Below, piece after piece: positions 44,726 to 52,780 of a DNA stretch of 61,058 nt. Every line of letters starts with the position of its first letter. Position 1 is the stretch's first letter. A program made the translations under genes and the position numbers. The stretch comes from Candidatus Anderseniibacteriota bacterium (GTDB taxonomy: Bacteria; Patescibacteriota; Andersenbacteria; UBA10190): positions 1 to 61,058 of the forward strand of contig JBPOIM010000020.1 of assembly GCA_052034485.1 (NCBI GenBank), given 5' to 3'. Under the pieces are notes generated by a model. It saw only the letters and a program-made list of their open reading frames with translations, made no database searches and was not told the DNA's origin.

Positions 44726-45676
44726 TCCTTTCGCAACACAGACCAATGGGTCGTCTGCAATGTAACAAGGCACTTGAGTTGCCTGAGAGATTAATTCATC
44801 AATATTAGCAAGCATTGCCCCTCCACCACTCACTACAATACCTTTGTCGATAATATCTGCAGCAAGCTCTGGAGGAGTATCCTGAAGAACATATTTAATA
44901 GCCTGAATCACCTCAAGAAGCGGGTCACGAAGCGCTTCGGTAACTTCAAATGAAGAAATAATTGTTTCTTTTGGAAGCCCCGTTGCCAAATCACGACCAC
45001 GGATACTCATAGAATCTGGAGACTCTTCTATCACCGCAGATCCTATTTGCTTTTTAATCTCCTCCGCAGTCATCTCTCCAATTACAACTCCGTATCGCTT
45101 TTTAATATGTTCAGCAATTGCATGGTCAAATACATTACCTCCCACCCGAGCAGAGTGAGCCACAACAATTCCGCCCAATGAGATAACAGCCACTTCGGTT
45201 GTACCTCCCCCAATATCAACAATCATGTGGCCAGAGCTCTCTCCGATAGGGATACTTGCACCAATAGCAGCTGCAACAGGTTCTTTAATTAAATATGCAG
45301 CTTTTGCGCCAGCAGAAAGCGTTGCGTCTACCACAGCCCTTCGCTCAGTGCTCGTAATCCCAGCCGGAACAGAAACAAGGACTTCAGGGCGAAGAAACCG
45401 AACGGATGCCCCCGTTTTCTTCAAAAGATACCGCAGCATTGCTTCCGTGACACGATAATCAGCAATAACACCATCTCGAAGAGGGCGATGCACTACGATG
45501 CTTTCTGGAGTTCTTCCAATCATCGCATATGCGTCATCACCTACCGCTAAAACCGCGTTATCAATTTGAGAAACGGCAACAATAGAAGGTTCATTCAATA
45601 CAATACCCTTCCCAGGCACATACATAATTGTGCTCGTTGTTCCTAAATCAATTGCTATCTTGCGTGTGAGCGCCAC
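44666..45676 (-). CDS. mreB: rod shape-determining actin homolog MreB
   Basis: 336 aa. IAIDLGTTSTIMYVPGKGIVLNEPSIVAV, MIVDIGGGTTEVAVISLGG and VVSGGGAML. GTG start at 45676 preceded by GAAGGAGGAG (45679-45688). Overlaps the murA stop (TAGTG). Confidence 0.9.
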   Translation of the reverse strand: MALTRKIAIDLGTTSTIMYVPGKGIVLNEPSIVAVSQIDNAVLAVGDDAYAMIGRTPESIVVHRPLRDGVIADYRVTEAMLRYLLKKTGASVRFLRPEVLVSVPAGITSTERRAVVDATLSAGAKAAYLIKEPVAAAIGASIPIGESSGHMIVDIGGGTTEVAVISLGGIVVAHSARVGGNVFDHAIAEHIKKRYGVVIGEMTAEEIKKQIGSAVIEESPDSMSIRGRDLATGLPKETIISSFEVTEALRDPLLEVIQAIKYVLQDTPPELAADIIDKGIVVSGGGAMLANIDELISQATQVPCYIADDPLVCVAKGSGAALENIDAYKRSILLTK

Positions 45677-46923
45677 TACTCCTCCTTCGTTACAGATGCC
45701 CCCACCGCTTGCAGGCGATCAACAATATGAGCATATCCTCGCTCAATGATCTCTGCTTGGTCAATAATTGTCGTACCTTTTGCAATAAGTCCAGCAATAA
45801 GCAAGCATGCTCCTGAGCGAATATCGAGACTTGGAATTTGCCTTCCAACAAGAGGCGTTGGTCCATTAATAATCACACGATGCGGATCGCACACAACTGC
45901 CTTTGCGCCCATCTTTTCTAATTCAAATATATGCTTAAACCTTCCCTCATACATAGGGTCATGAATCAAACTACTTCCGGAAGCTTGTGTTGCAATAATT
46001 GCAAACGGAGCTTGAAGGTCGCTCGGCATACCAGGATACGGAAGTACCTGCACGCGAAATGGTTTAAACGTGCTCGGAGAAACGGTAACTGTTGAGCCGT
46101 CTATCTTGTATGCAATACCAATCTCCGTACACTTTTTGAAAAATAGTAAAAGTTGATCCACTGGAACATTAAGAACAGAAATAGTTGACTGCGTTGCCGC
46201 TGCAAGAAGAATAAAAGAAGCAGCCTCAAGCATATCTGGAATATTTGTTACCTCTGCGCCAGAAAGCTTTTCTTTTCCTTTTACAATAATTGTATGGGTA
46301 CCATCTCCGGTTATTTCTGCTCCCATTGCACGCAGCAAATCACAAAGCACCACCACATGAGGCTCTGCTGCCGCAATATGAATTGTTGTAGTACCTGGGA
46401 GCGTTGCCGCTGCAAGAAGAATATTCTCTGTTGCAGTAACTGAGAACTCCTTCAACACCACCACTCCCGCTTTCATACTCTTCCCATCCATTTTCACAAC
46501 ATCCCCTGCAATATCAACAGACACGCCAAGCTGCTCAAATGCATCCACATGCACATCTATAGGACGAGCACCAATAATATCACCACCGGGCAATGGAAGC
46601 GTCGCCGTACGATTGCGCCCAAGAAGCGCCCCAAGAAGTAAAATTGATCCTCGTAATTTTCCAACCGCCTGTGCTGATATTTCGGAAGTACCAACCTCTT
46701 GAGCCGTTACATGAACAGTATCTCCGTCTTGCTCAACTTTTACACCCAGTGAAGTCATAATGTCCTTCATAACAAACAAGTCTCGGATAGGAGGAATATT
46801 ATGAAGAGTGATCGTATCTTCACTTAAGAGCGTAGCTGCCAAAAGAGGTAATGATGCGTTTTTTGACCCATATACCGGTATCTCCCCTGAAAGCCCTCGA
46901 GATTCTTGTATCACCAGTCGCAT
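45676..46923 (-). CDS. murA: UDP-N-acetylglucosamine 1-carboxyvinyltransferase MurA (Asp115 variant)
   Basis: 415 aa. VYGSKNASLPLLAATLL and LPLPGGDIIGARPIDVH (E. coli has PGGCxIGARPVDLH). Asp at residue 115, codon 46579-46581 (gat on the minus strand). Confidence 0.9.
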   Translation of the reverse strand: MRLVIQESRGLSGEIPVYGSKNASLPLLAATLLSEDTITLHNIPPIRDLFVMKDIMTSLGVKVEQDGDTVHVTAQEVGTSEISAQAVGKLRGSILLLGALLGRNRTATLPLPGGDIIGARPIDVHVDAFEQLGVSVDIAGDVVKMDGKSMKAGVVVLKEFSVTATENILLAAATLPGTTTIHIAAAEPHVVVLCDLLRAMGAEITGDGTHTIIVKGKEKLSGAEVTNIPDMLEAASFILLAAATQSTISVLNVPVDQLLLFFKKCTEIGIAYKIDGSTVTVSPSTFKPFRVQVLPYPGMPSDLQAPFAIIATQASGSSLIHDPMYEGRFKHIFELEKMGAKAVVCDPHRVIINGPTPLVGRQIPSLDIRSGACLLIAGLIAKGTTIIDQAEIIERGYAHIVDRLQAVGASVTKEE

Positions 46924-46966
46924 ATCAATTAAGCCTAGCTGATCTAGTAAGAACTTTCAATTGGAG

Positions 46967-46972
46967 TATTAT
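46967..46972 (+). promoter_or_regulatory. -10 hexamer TATTAT at -12..-7 of ATG 46979
   Basis: ggagTATTATgcctatATG. Confidence 0.4.
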
Positions 46973-46978
46973 GCCTAT

Positions 46979-48325
46979 ATGCATCTCTATATTCGAAGGA
47001 CATTACTCGGTATTTCATATACTGCGTTTGTTATTATTGCGCCAATCGTCATTTTATACGCGGTAGGATATCGCCCACAAATATCCTCTCCAATTCCTCG
47101 GGCCGTAGGAGTAATCCTTGCAGACTCCAATCCCCCAAAAGCATCAATTATTATTAACGGAATTGACAAAGGCACTCTTCCGCGAGCAGTACCGAATATT
47201 GAACCAGGAATAACTTCTATTCAAGTAACAAAAGATGGGTATACGTCCTGGCAGAAATCTCTTGAAATCAAATCCGCAGAGGCAACAGATGTTCGATCCA
47301 TCGTTCTTCTTCCATCCTCATTCGACGAAACGAATGTAGTCGCGAACGCGCGAGCATTCTCCCTTTCTCCAAGCGGACTATTTATTGCAACAGCAAACAC
47401 TGACGGCAAACTTCACATTCAAGACATCGAGGGAGCCCCTATCAGCGCAAGCGGACAACTTTCAGGAAGTGCGAATCGAATTGAGTGGTCTCCAGACGGT
47501 ACGTACATCATCGTAGAGTCTGGAAAGCGAGTATATGACCTATTCCACTTCGACCACAACACGCTAGAAAAGGTATCAAGCAAAGCACTCGTGGGAGCAT
47601 CACACATAAGCTGGAGCCCAAGCACAGTTGGTAGCCTATACGGCCAAACACCCGAAGGAGATGTATTCCTTTACTCTATCACCACCGGAGCAAAGGAAGT
47701 AATTGTTAAGAAAGTGAACACATACGAAATAGCGAACAGAATGATCTACTACCAGACATTCCAAAATACTCTCTATGGGTCACCATTGCGCTCCATTGAA
47801 CCAAAAGTTCTCTCTCGGGATACCGGGAAACCACTTGAAAAGATTTCGCTTGGAAACAATGGCAATCTCATCCTGATAGCACACGATGGTCAACTACAAC
47901 TCTTGAAAAACCATGGGGAATTTAAAACCCTCTCCCCCTCCGTAATACATGCATCATGGTCTCCAGATGGCGAACTTATTCTCATTCAAACAGCACCAAC
48001 AGAACTGTATGTATACAATGTTGAAAACGAACGTTTTTTTGCAATTCCTCAAGGAGAGCTTCATTTAGTAACACGCCTATCGCAATCGATTACCAATCCA
48101 CAATGGTTTTCAGATAGTGAACATATTTTCTACCAACTAAATGGCTCGCTCATGTTCTCAGAAGTAGATACCAGAGACCACGCAATTGCGACGCCAATAA
48201 AATCTCTCCCAATACTTGGAAATGTTGCAATCGGAGGAAGCGCAAAAAGTATCTTCTCCATACAGCAAGAAGGAAAGACATCAAATCTCATTCAAACATT
48301 CCTCCAGACAAAAGAGGATAGATAA
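46979..48325 (+). CDS. membrane-anchored PEGA-domain / beta-propeller (TolB-like WD40) protein
   Basis: The ORF-track start 46961 is a TTG; ATG 46979 lies 6 nt downstream of TATTAT. N-terminal TM helix. PEGA-like ASIIINGIDKGTLPRAVPNIEPGITSIQVTKDGYTSW. Repeated WSPDG-type blades (EWSPDGTYI, SWSPSTVG, SWSPDGELI). Confidence 0.6.
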   Translation: MHLYIRRTLLGISYTAFVIIAPIVILYAVGYRPQISSPIPRAVGVILADSNPPKASIIINGIDKGTLPRAVPNIEPGITSIQVTKDGYTSWQKSLEIKSAEATDVRSIVLLPSSFDETNVVANARAFSLSPSGLFIATANTDGKLHIQDIEGAPISASGQLSGSANRIEWSPDGTYIIVESGKRVYDLFHFDHNTLEKVSSKALVGASHISWSPSTVGSLYGQTPEGDVFLYSITTGAKEVIVKKVNTYEIANRMIYYQTFQNTLYGSPLRSIEPKVLSRDTGKPLEKISLGNNGNLILIAHDGQLQLLKNHGEFKTLSPSVIHASWSPDGELILIQTAPTELYVYNVENERFFAIPQGELHLVTRLSQSITNPQWFSDSEHIFYQLNGSLMFSEVDTRDHAIATPIKSLPILGNVAIGGSAKSIFSIQQEGKTSNLIQTFLQTKEDR

Positions 48326-48326
48326 T

Positions 48327-48374
48327 AAAAAAGCCGAGTGAAGTTAGATACTAAGAGTATCAACAACACTCGGC
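48327..48374 (-). terminator. rho-independent terminator downstream of csrA
   Basis: On the minus strand: GCCGAGUG-uuguu-GAUAC-ucuua-GUAUC-uaacuu-CACUCGGC followed by UUUUUU (A-run 48327-48332 on plus). Starts 22 nt after the csrA stop. Confidence 0.6.
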
Positions 48375-48396
48375 ACAACCTCTTCCCCAGGAACGT

Positions 48397-48639
48397 TCAG
48401 GGCTGCTTCTCCGGGGGAAATAATGGCGCATCAACATTTTGAACCTGTTCAGCCTGGTCCTGCCGGATCTGAGCCTGGTCCCGTTGAATCGCATCATAGA
48501 CTTCCTGCCTATGCACAGGAATCTCTCTGGGAGCATTAATTCCGAGACGCACTTTGTAGCCCCGGATATCGACAACGGTGATAACAATATTATCCCCGAT
48601 GACGATACTTTCATCTCTCTGCCGCGACAGCACTAACAT
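48397..48639 (-). CDS. csrA: carbon storage regulator CsrA
   Basis: 80 aa. MLVLSRQRDESIVIGDNIVITVVDIRGYKVRLGINAPREIPVHRQEVY. GGAGGG SD (48647-52) 7 nt from the ATG. Confidence 0.9.
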   Translation of the reverse strand: MLVLSRQRDESIVIGDNIVITVVDIRGYKVRLGINAPREIPVHRQEVYDAIQRDQAQIRQDQAEQVQNVDAPLFPPEKQP

Positions 48640-48721
48640 GGTGATTCCCTCCTGGAAAAATGGGGGGTGAAGAGAGCGAGCCTCGATTGCTCACTCGGAG
48701 GATTGGAAAGAACGTGCGTCA

Positions 48722-48751
48722 AAAATAACACACGTACTTATAAATTGTCAA
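48722..48751 (-). promoter_or_regulatory. candidate sigma70-type promoter of csrA: TTGACA - 18 nt - TATTTT
   Basis: Reverse complement of 48722-48751 reads TTGACAatttataagtacgtgtgtTATTTT. Starts 2 nt after the stop of the upstream SDR gene. Predicts a ~75-nt leader. Confidence 0.35.
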
Positions 48752-48753
48752 TA

Positions 48754-49749
48754 CTACCAGTACTTTTCCTTGTTTTCCTTATAGTACGCGACCATCCTCT
48801 TAATGCCCTCCTGGAGAGGCACAGAGGGCTTCCAGGACGTTATACTCTGAATTTTCGTAGTATCCGCAACATAGTTGCCGGTCTCATTTTTTTCATAATC
48901 CTCTGGCCAAGGAATGTGAGCCTTTGTACCAGATCCAACTTCCTTCAAAATGGCATCTACCATGGACACGAACGTAATCCGTTCGTGTGTCCCAATGTTA
49001 TATACTTCACCCTTTTCTCCATGAAGCGTTAGCTCGATAAAAGCATCAACAATATCATCGATGTATAAATAATCACGCTCTTGCTCCCCATCCCCAAACA
49101 CCGTGATAGTTTTGTTTTCCATTGCCTGACGAATAAACCAGCCAACTATAGAATACTTTCCGTGCTTCATTTGCTGCCCAGGTCCATATGGATTTGGAAT
49201 ACGAATAGAAATCGTATCAATACCAAACGTGTGCGTATAGTACTTGTAATACTTTTCTGCGAGTAACTTATGAATGCCGTACAGCGATAGGGGTTCAGTT
49301 GGATGACTTTCCGAAACAGGAACTGTGAGAATTTTCCCATATACCATACGAGATGAGGAAAAGAGTATCTTTGCAGCAGGTGCATGCTTTCGAACTGCCT
49401 CAAGTACCGTAAGGTGCCCCTTCCCGTTAAACTCCAGGTCCAAGAAAGGATCGTCTTTAGAATCAAGGTAGCTTACCTGCGCCGCAAAGTTATAAATAAT
49501 ATCCTTGCCTGCAACAATCGTATCCATAAGCTCCTGATCCCGAATATCCCCTTCAATAAACTGAATCTTGTCTCGTATTGGCTCAAGATTAAATGCATTC
49601 CCTCCATACAATACAAACATAGCATCAAGAACCGTTACCTCCGCACCAAGCTCGACAAGCTTTCGGGCAAGATTACTCCCAAGGAACCCTGCTCCTCCGG
49701 TAATCAGAACCTTCTTCCCTGCAAAAAATGTTTTGCTATCTTTTTTCAT
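48754..49749 (-). CDS. NAD-dependent epimerase/dehydratase-family SDR
   Basis: 331 aa. VLITGGAGFLGSNLARKLV, SSSRMVYG and YGIHK (YxxxK). No TDE triad, so not called rmlB. Confidence 0.75.
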   Translation of the reverse strand: MKKDSKTFFAGKKVLITGGAGFLGSNLARKLVELGAEVTVLDAMFVLYGGNAFNLEPIRDKIQFIEGDIRDQELMDTIVAGKDIIYNFAAQVSYLDSKDDPFLDLEFNGKGHLTVLEAVRKHAPAAKILFSSSRMVYGKILTVPVSESHPTEPLSLYGIHKLLAEKYYKYYTHTFGIDTISIRIPNPYGPGQQMKHGKYSIVGWFIRQAMENKTITVFGDGEQERDYLYIDDIVDAFIELTLHGEKGEVYNIGTHERITFVSMVDAILKEVGSGTKAHIPWPEDYEKNETGNYVADTTKIQSITSWKPSVPLQEGIKRMVAYYKENKEKYW

Positions 49750-50878
49750 GAGCTTTTATGAGCTTATCATATCGATCCATAATATTCTTCCAGTCGTACT
49801 CCAACGCGTATTCACGGCTCTTGTGCCCCATAGAAGTTCTCAACGCTTCATCATTAATAAGTTTCACCATTCGGTCAGCAAGAATATTTACGTCATCACC
49901 CAAAATCAAATATCCGTTTTCTCCTTCATGCACAATTTCATTATTTCCACCCACGTTGCTCGCAATAATAGGAAGCCCAGCACCCATTGCTTCCAAAATA
50001 ACAGAGGGCATACCTTCCGAAAGCGAAGTGAGTACAAAAATATCTGCGTACTGGTACGACTTTTCTAGCTGATCATACGGGACCATTCCAACATACGATA
50101 TTAAATCACTCACATGAAGCTCTTCGGCAAGCGCATCAAGTTCAGCGCGGTGTGCCCCCGTGCCAACAACCTCAACTTCAAACGGAACTTGTACCTTTTC
50201 TCGAACCAATGGCAACGCGCGAACCACACGATGGAATCCTTTTCGAGGAATAAGTCTTCCAATAAAGAGAATTTTCACTTTTGGATTCTTCGGTCGGTCA
50301 ATGGGGCGAAATCGATCCGTCTCTACACCATTCGGAATAGTATAGAACTCTGAATGCGGATCTGCCTGCATTGCAAGCCTCTGAAGATCATCTGAACAGA
50401 CAGATCGGAATGACGCTTTTCTCCAAATAGCTTTGAGCAACGGTGTAATAAATGGGTAAATTTTCGTAAAACGTGAAGGATTTGCATTTGGAATATCCGA
50501 CCCACCAAAATACACTCCGTAAGGAATTCCTTTTATAAAATAGAGAATCCATGCAACCCACCCTGCCGGTACCGCAAAAAACGCAAAGGTAAAATCAACC
50601 TTGTTCTTCAACGTAAAGAATAACGCGTACACAAGAGCTGAGACTCCAAAACTAATCAATTCAATAACAGAGCTATAGTCTTTGTATTTTCGAAGTGCAG
50701 GAATACGAATAACAGTAGCTCCATCAATCACTTCACGATGTGGCAGTTTTTTATATCGCGATGTAATAAGCGTTACCTTGTGCCCGGCTCGTACTAAGTA
50801 TCGAATTGCATATTTCGTAACGGTAGAACCGCCACCACCGATAGGGGGAAATTCATTGTTGATAAAGAGAAGGTTCAT
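49736..50878 (-). CDS. glycosyltransferase, GT4 family
   Basis: 380 aa. N-terminal NNEFPPIGGGGSTVT loop (as in ORF 3353..4504) and C-terminal LTSLSEGMPSVILEAMGAGLPIIASNVGGNNEIV. Confidence 0.85.
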   Translation of the reverse strand: MNLLFINNEFPPIGGGGSTVTKYAIRYLVRAGHKVTLITSRYKKLPHREVIDGATVIRIPALRKYKDYSSVIELISFGVSALVYALFFTLKNKVDFTFAFFAVPAGWVAWILYFIKGIPYGVYFGGSDIPNANPSRFTKIYPFITPLLKAIWRKASFRSVCSDDLQRLAMQADPHSEFYTIPNGVETDRFRPIDRPKNPKVKILFIGRLIPRKGFHRVVRALPLVREKVQVPFEVEVVGTGAHRAELDALAEELHVSDLISYVGMVPYDQLEKSYQYADIFVLTSLSEGMPSVILEAMGAGLPIIASNVGGNNEIVHEGENGYLILGDDVNILADRMVKLINDEALRTSMGHKSREYALEYDWKNIMDRYDKLIKAHEKR

Positions 50879-50887
50879 AGACCCTTT

Positions 50888-51823
50888 TTAAAAGCCCTTG
50901 GTATCTTTGATAGAGTAGGGTTTCTTTTCTGCGTAATACGTATGCGCCACAATGTCGGCAAGCACCCCAGAAAGCAGGAATTGGAACCCAAGCAATACAA
51001 GCAATACCGCAAGGAGAGGAGAGGACCTTCCCGACAATGCAATCAATCGGAACAGCCAGAGAATCCCGAGCGTTCCTCCGAGCAAAAACCCTGTGAGGAT
51101 AAATACCGCCCCAATAGCTCCGAAGAAATGCATCGGTCGTGCAGAATACTGAATCCAAAACTTTACAATCAATAAATCTAAAAATCCTTTCAGCTTTTTT
51201 CGAACATTATATTTTGTTGTACCAGTCGTACGAGGATGATGGCGAACAACCATCTCCCCAACGCGAAAACCTTTCCAAGAAAGTAGTGCGGTAATATATC
51301 GGTGCATTTCACCATACAGCTCTAGGTCTTCGAGTGCTTCTTTGCGATAAACCTTCAAACTGCACCCCTGATCATGAATCTTTTCACCTGTAACCTTTTT
51401 GCGAATCCAGTTTCCGATTTTACTTCCCAGCTTTAGCACGCTTTTATCCTGACGTTCTTTTCTCCAGCCAGATACAACATCAAGATCCTCGTCTCGTAAC
51501 TTTTGGATCATCGCAGGAATATCCTCTGGGTCATTTTGCAAATCAGCATCCATTACGATAACAACGTCTCCCGTTGCCGCAGAAAAACCTGCAGACCACC
51601 CCGCAGTTTGGCCAAAGCTCCTTCTAAATCGAATAACTTTTACATGGCTATCCGCCGAAGATAGTTCGGATAAAATACTATATGTAGAATCCGTACTACC
51701 ATCATCAACAACAATAAGCTCCCATGCTCCGTCCATTTTCTCAAAAACTCGCTTCGTAGCCTCGTAGAGAGCCTTAATTGACCCCTCTTCGTTGTGTGCT
51801 GGTACGACAATGCTATAGTCCAT
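50888..51823 (-). CDS. polyprenyl-phosphate glycosyltransferase, GtrB/ArnC-like GT2 with two C-terminal TM helices
   Basis: 311 aa. YSIVVPAHNEEGSI, LIVVDDGSTDST, RFRRSFGQTAG and VMDADLQNDPEDI. C-terminal helices FFGAIGAVFILTGFLLGGTLGILWL and LLAVLLVLLGFQFLLSGVLA. Confidence 0.8.
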   Translation of the reverse strand: MDYSIVVPAHNEEGSIKALYEATKRVFEKMDGAWELIVVDDGSTDSTYSILSELSSADSHVKVIRFRRSFGQTAGWSAGFSAATGDVVIVMDADLQNDPEDIPAMIQKLRDEDLDVVSGWRKERQDKSVLKLGSKIGNWIRKKVTGEKIHDQGCSLKVYRKEALEDLELYGEMHRYITALLSWKGFRVGEMVVRHHPRTTGTTKYNVRKKLKGFLDLLIVKFWIQYSARPMHFFGAIGAVFILTGFLLGGTLGILWLFRLIALSGRSSPLLAVLLVLLGFQFLLSGVLADIVAHTYYAEKKPYSIKDTKGF

Positions 51824-51829
51824 AGAGAA

Positions 51830-51858
51830 AAACTACACTAATATGTATAATTTGTCAA
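51830..51858 (-). promoter_or_regulatory. candidate promoter TTGACA - 17 nt - TAGTTT, with the -10 at -12..-7 of ATG 51823
   Basis: Reverse complement reads TTGACAaattatacatattagtgTAGTTTttctctATG. Lies in the 57-nt spacer between rmlA and the GtrB-like gene. Confidence 0.45.
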
Positions 51859-51880
51859 ATACCCTGAGCATGTCGAAGGG

Positions 51881-52759
51881 TCAATTCTCTTCAGCAACCT
51901 CAAGAAGGTACGATCCATACCCGCTTTTAAGGAGCCCTTGGGCAATTTCAACAAGCTGTTCCTTGGTAATATATCCCATCCTATACGCAACTTCCTCAAT
52001 ACAGCCGATCTTTAATCCCTGGCGCTGCTCCACAATCTGCACAAAGTTACTTGCCTGCAATAACGACGAGTGCAACCCCGCATCAAGCCAAGCAACTCCG
52101 CGAGGAAGCGCCGTAGCATACAAATTTCCCGCTTTCAGATAGGCATTGTGCAAATCAACCATTTCGAGCTCTCCTCGAGCAGACGGAGTGAGCTGTTTTG
52201 CGTACTCTACAACTTTGTTATCAAAAAAGTACAACCCCAAAATAGCATAAGGAGACTTTGGATGCTCTGGCTTCTCTTCAATCGAAATCACTTTTCCGTT
52301 TGCATCAAATTCAATAACCCCGGAACGCTCAGGGTCAGGAACATGGTATCCAAAAATCATATGTCCACCATCTGTTTCAATCTTCTTTCGTGCATCCTGT
52401 ACGATTCCAGAAAGGCCGCTTCCATATAGAATATTGTCACCTAACATCATGGCAACACTATCGTCTCCGATAAAATCTGCGCCAAGAATAAATGCTTCCG
52501 GTAATCCATTCGGCTTTTCTTGAACCTTGTATGTAAATTTCAGTCCTATACTCGAACCGTCCCCAAACAACGATTCAAATATCGGCAAATCTTTTGGAGT
52601 AGAGATAATCAAAAACTCACGGATACCCGAAAGCATCAGTGTAGAAATTGGGTAATAAATCATCGGCTTGTCATACACCGGAAGGAGCTGTTTGCTTACT
52701 GCTCGAGTAAGAGGGTAGAGCCTTGTACCCGAACCGCCTGCTAAAATAATGCCTTTCAT
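51881..52759 (-). CDS. rmlA: glucose-1-phosphate thymidylyltransferase
   Basis: 292 aa. [54 protein letters not shown], near-collinear with E. coli RmlA as I remember it. Confidence 0.9.
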   Translation of the reverse strand: MKGIILAGGSGTRLYPLTRAVSKQLLPVYDKPMIYYPISTLMLSGIREFLIISTPKDLPIFESLFGDGSSIGLKFTYKVQEKPNGLPEAFILGADFIGDDSVAMMLGDNILYGSGLSGIVQDARKKIETDGGHMIFGYHVPDPERSGVIEFDANGKVISIEEKPEHPKSPYAILGLYFFDNKVVEYAKQLTPSARGELEMVDLHNAYLKAGNLYATALPRGVAWLDAGLHSSLLQASNFVQIVEQRQGLKIGCIEEVAYRMGYITKEQLVEIAQGLLKSGYGSYLLEVAEEN

Positions 52760-52780
52760 AGATAGAAAAAGTATAATCCG

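Noticed and set aside
48360-48614. 84-aa ORF overlapping csrA in another frame
   Set aside because: The csrA frame gives a near-perfect CsrA sequence, while the overlapping frame has no features. It also spans the csrA terminator region.
48754-49749. Candidate for the missing rmlB (dTDP-glucose 4,6-dehydratase)
   Set aside because: It has SSSRMVYG instead of the dehydratase S/T-D-E triad and lacks the DKLTYAGN-type motif. It is called only as a generic SDR epimerase/reductase.
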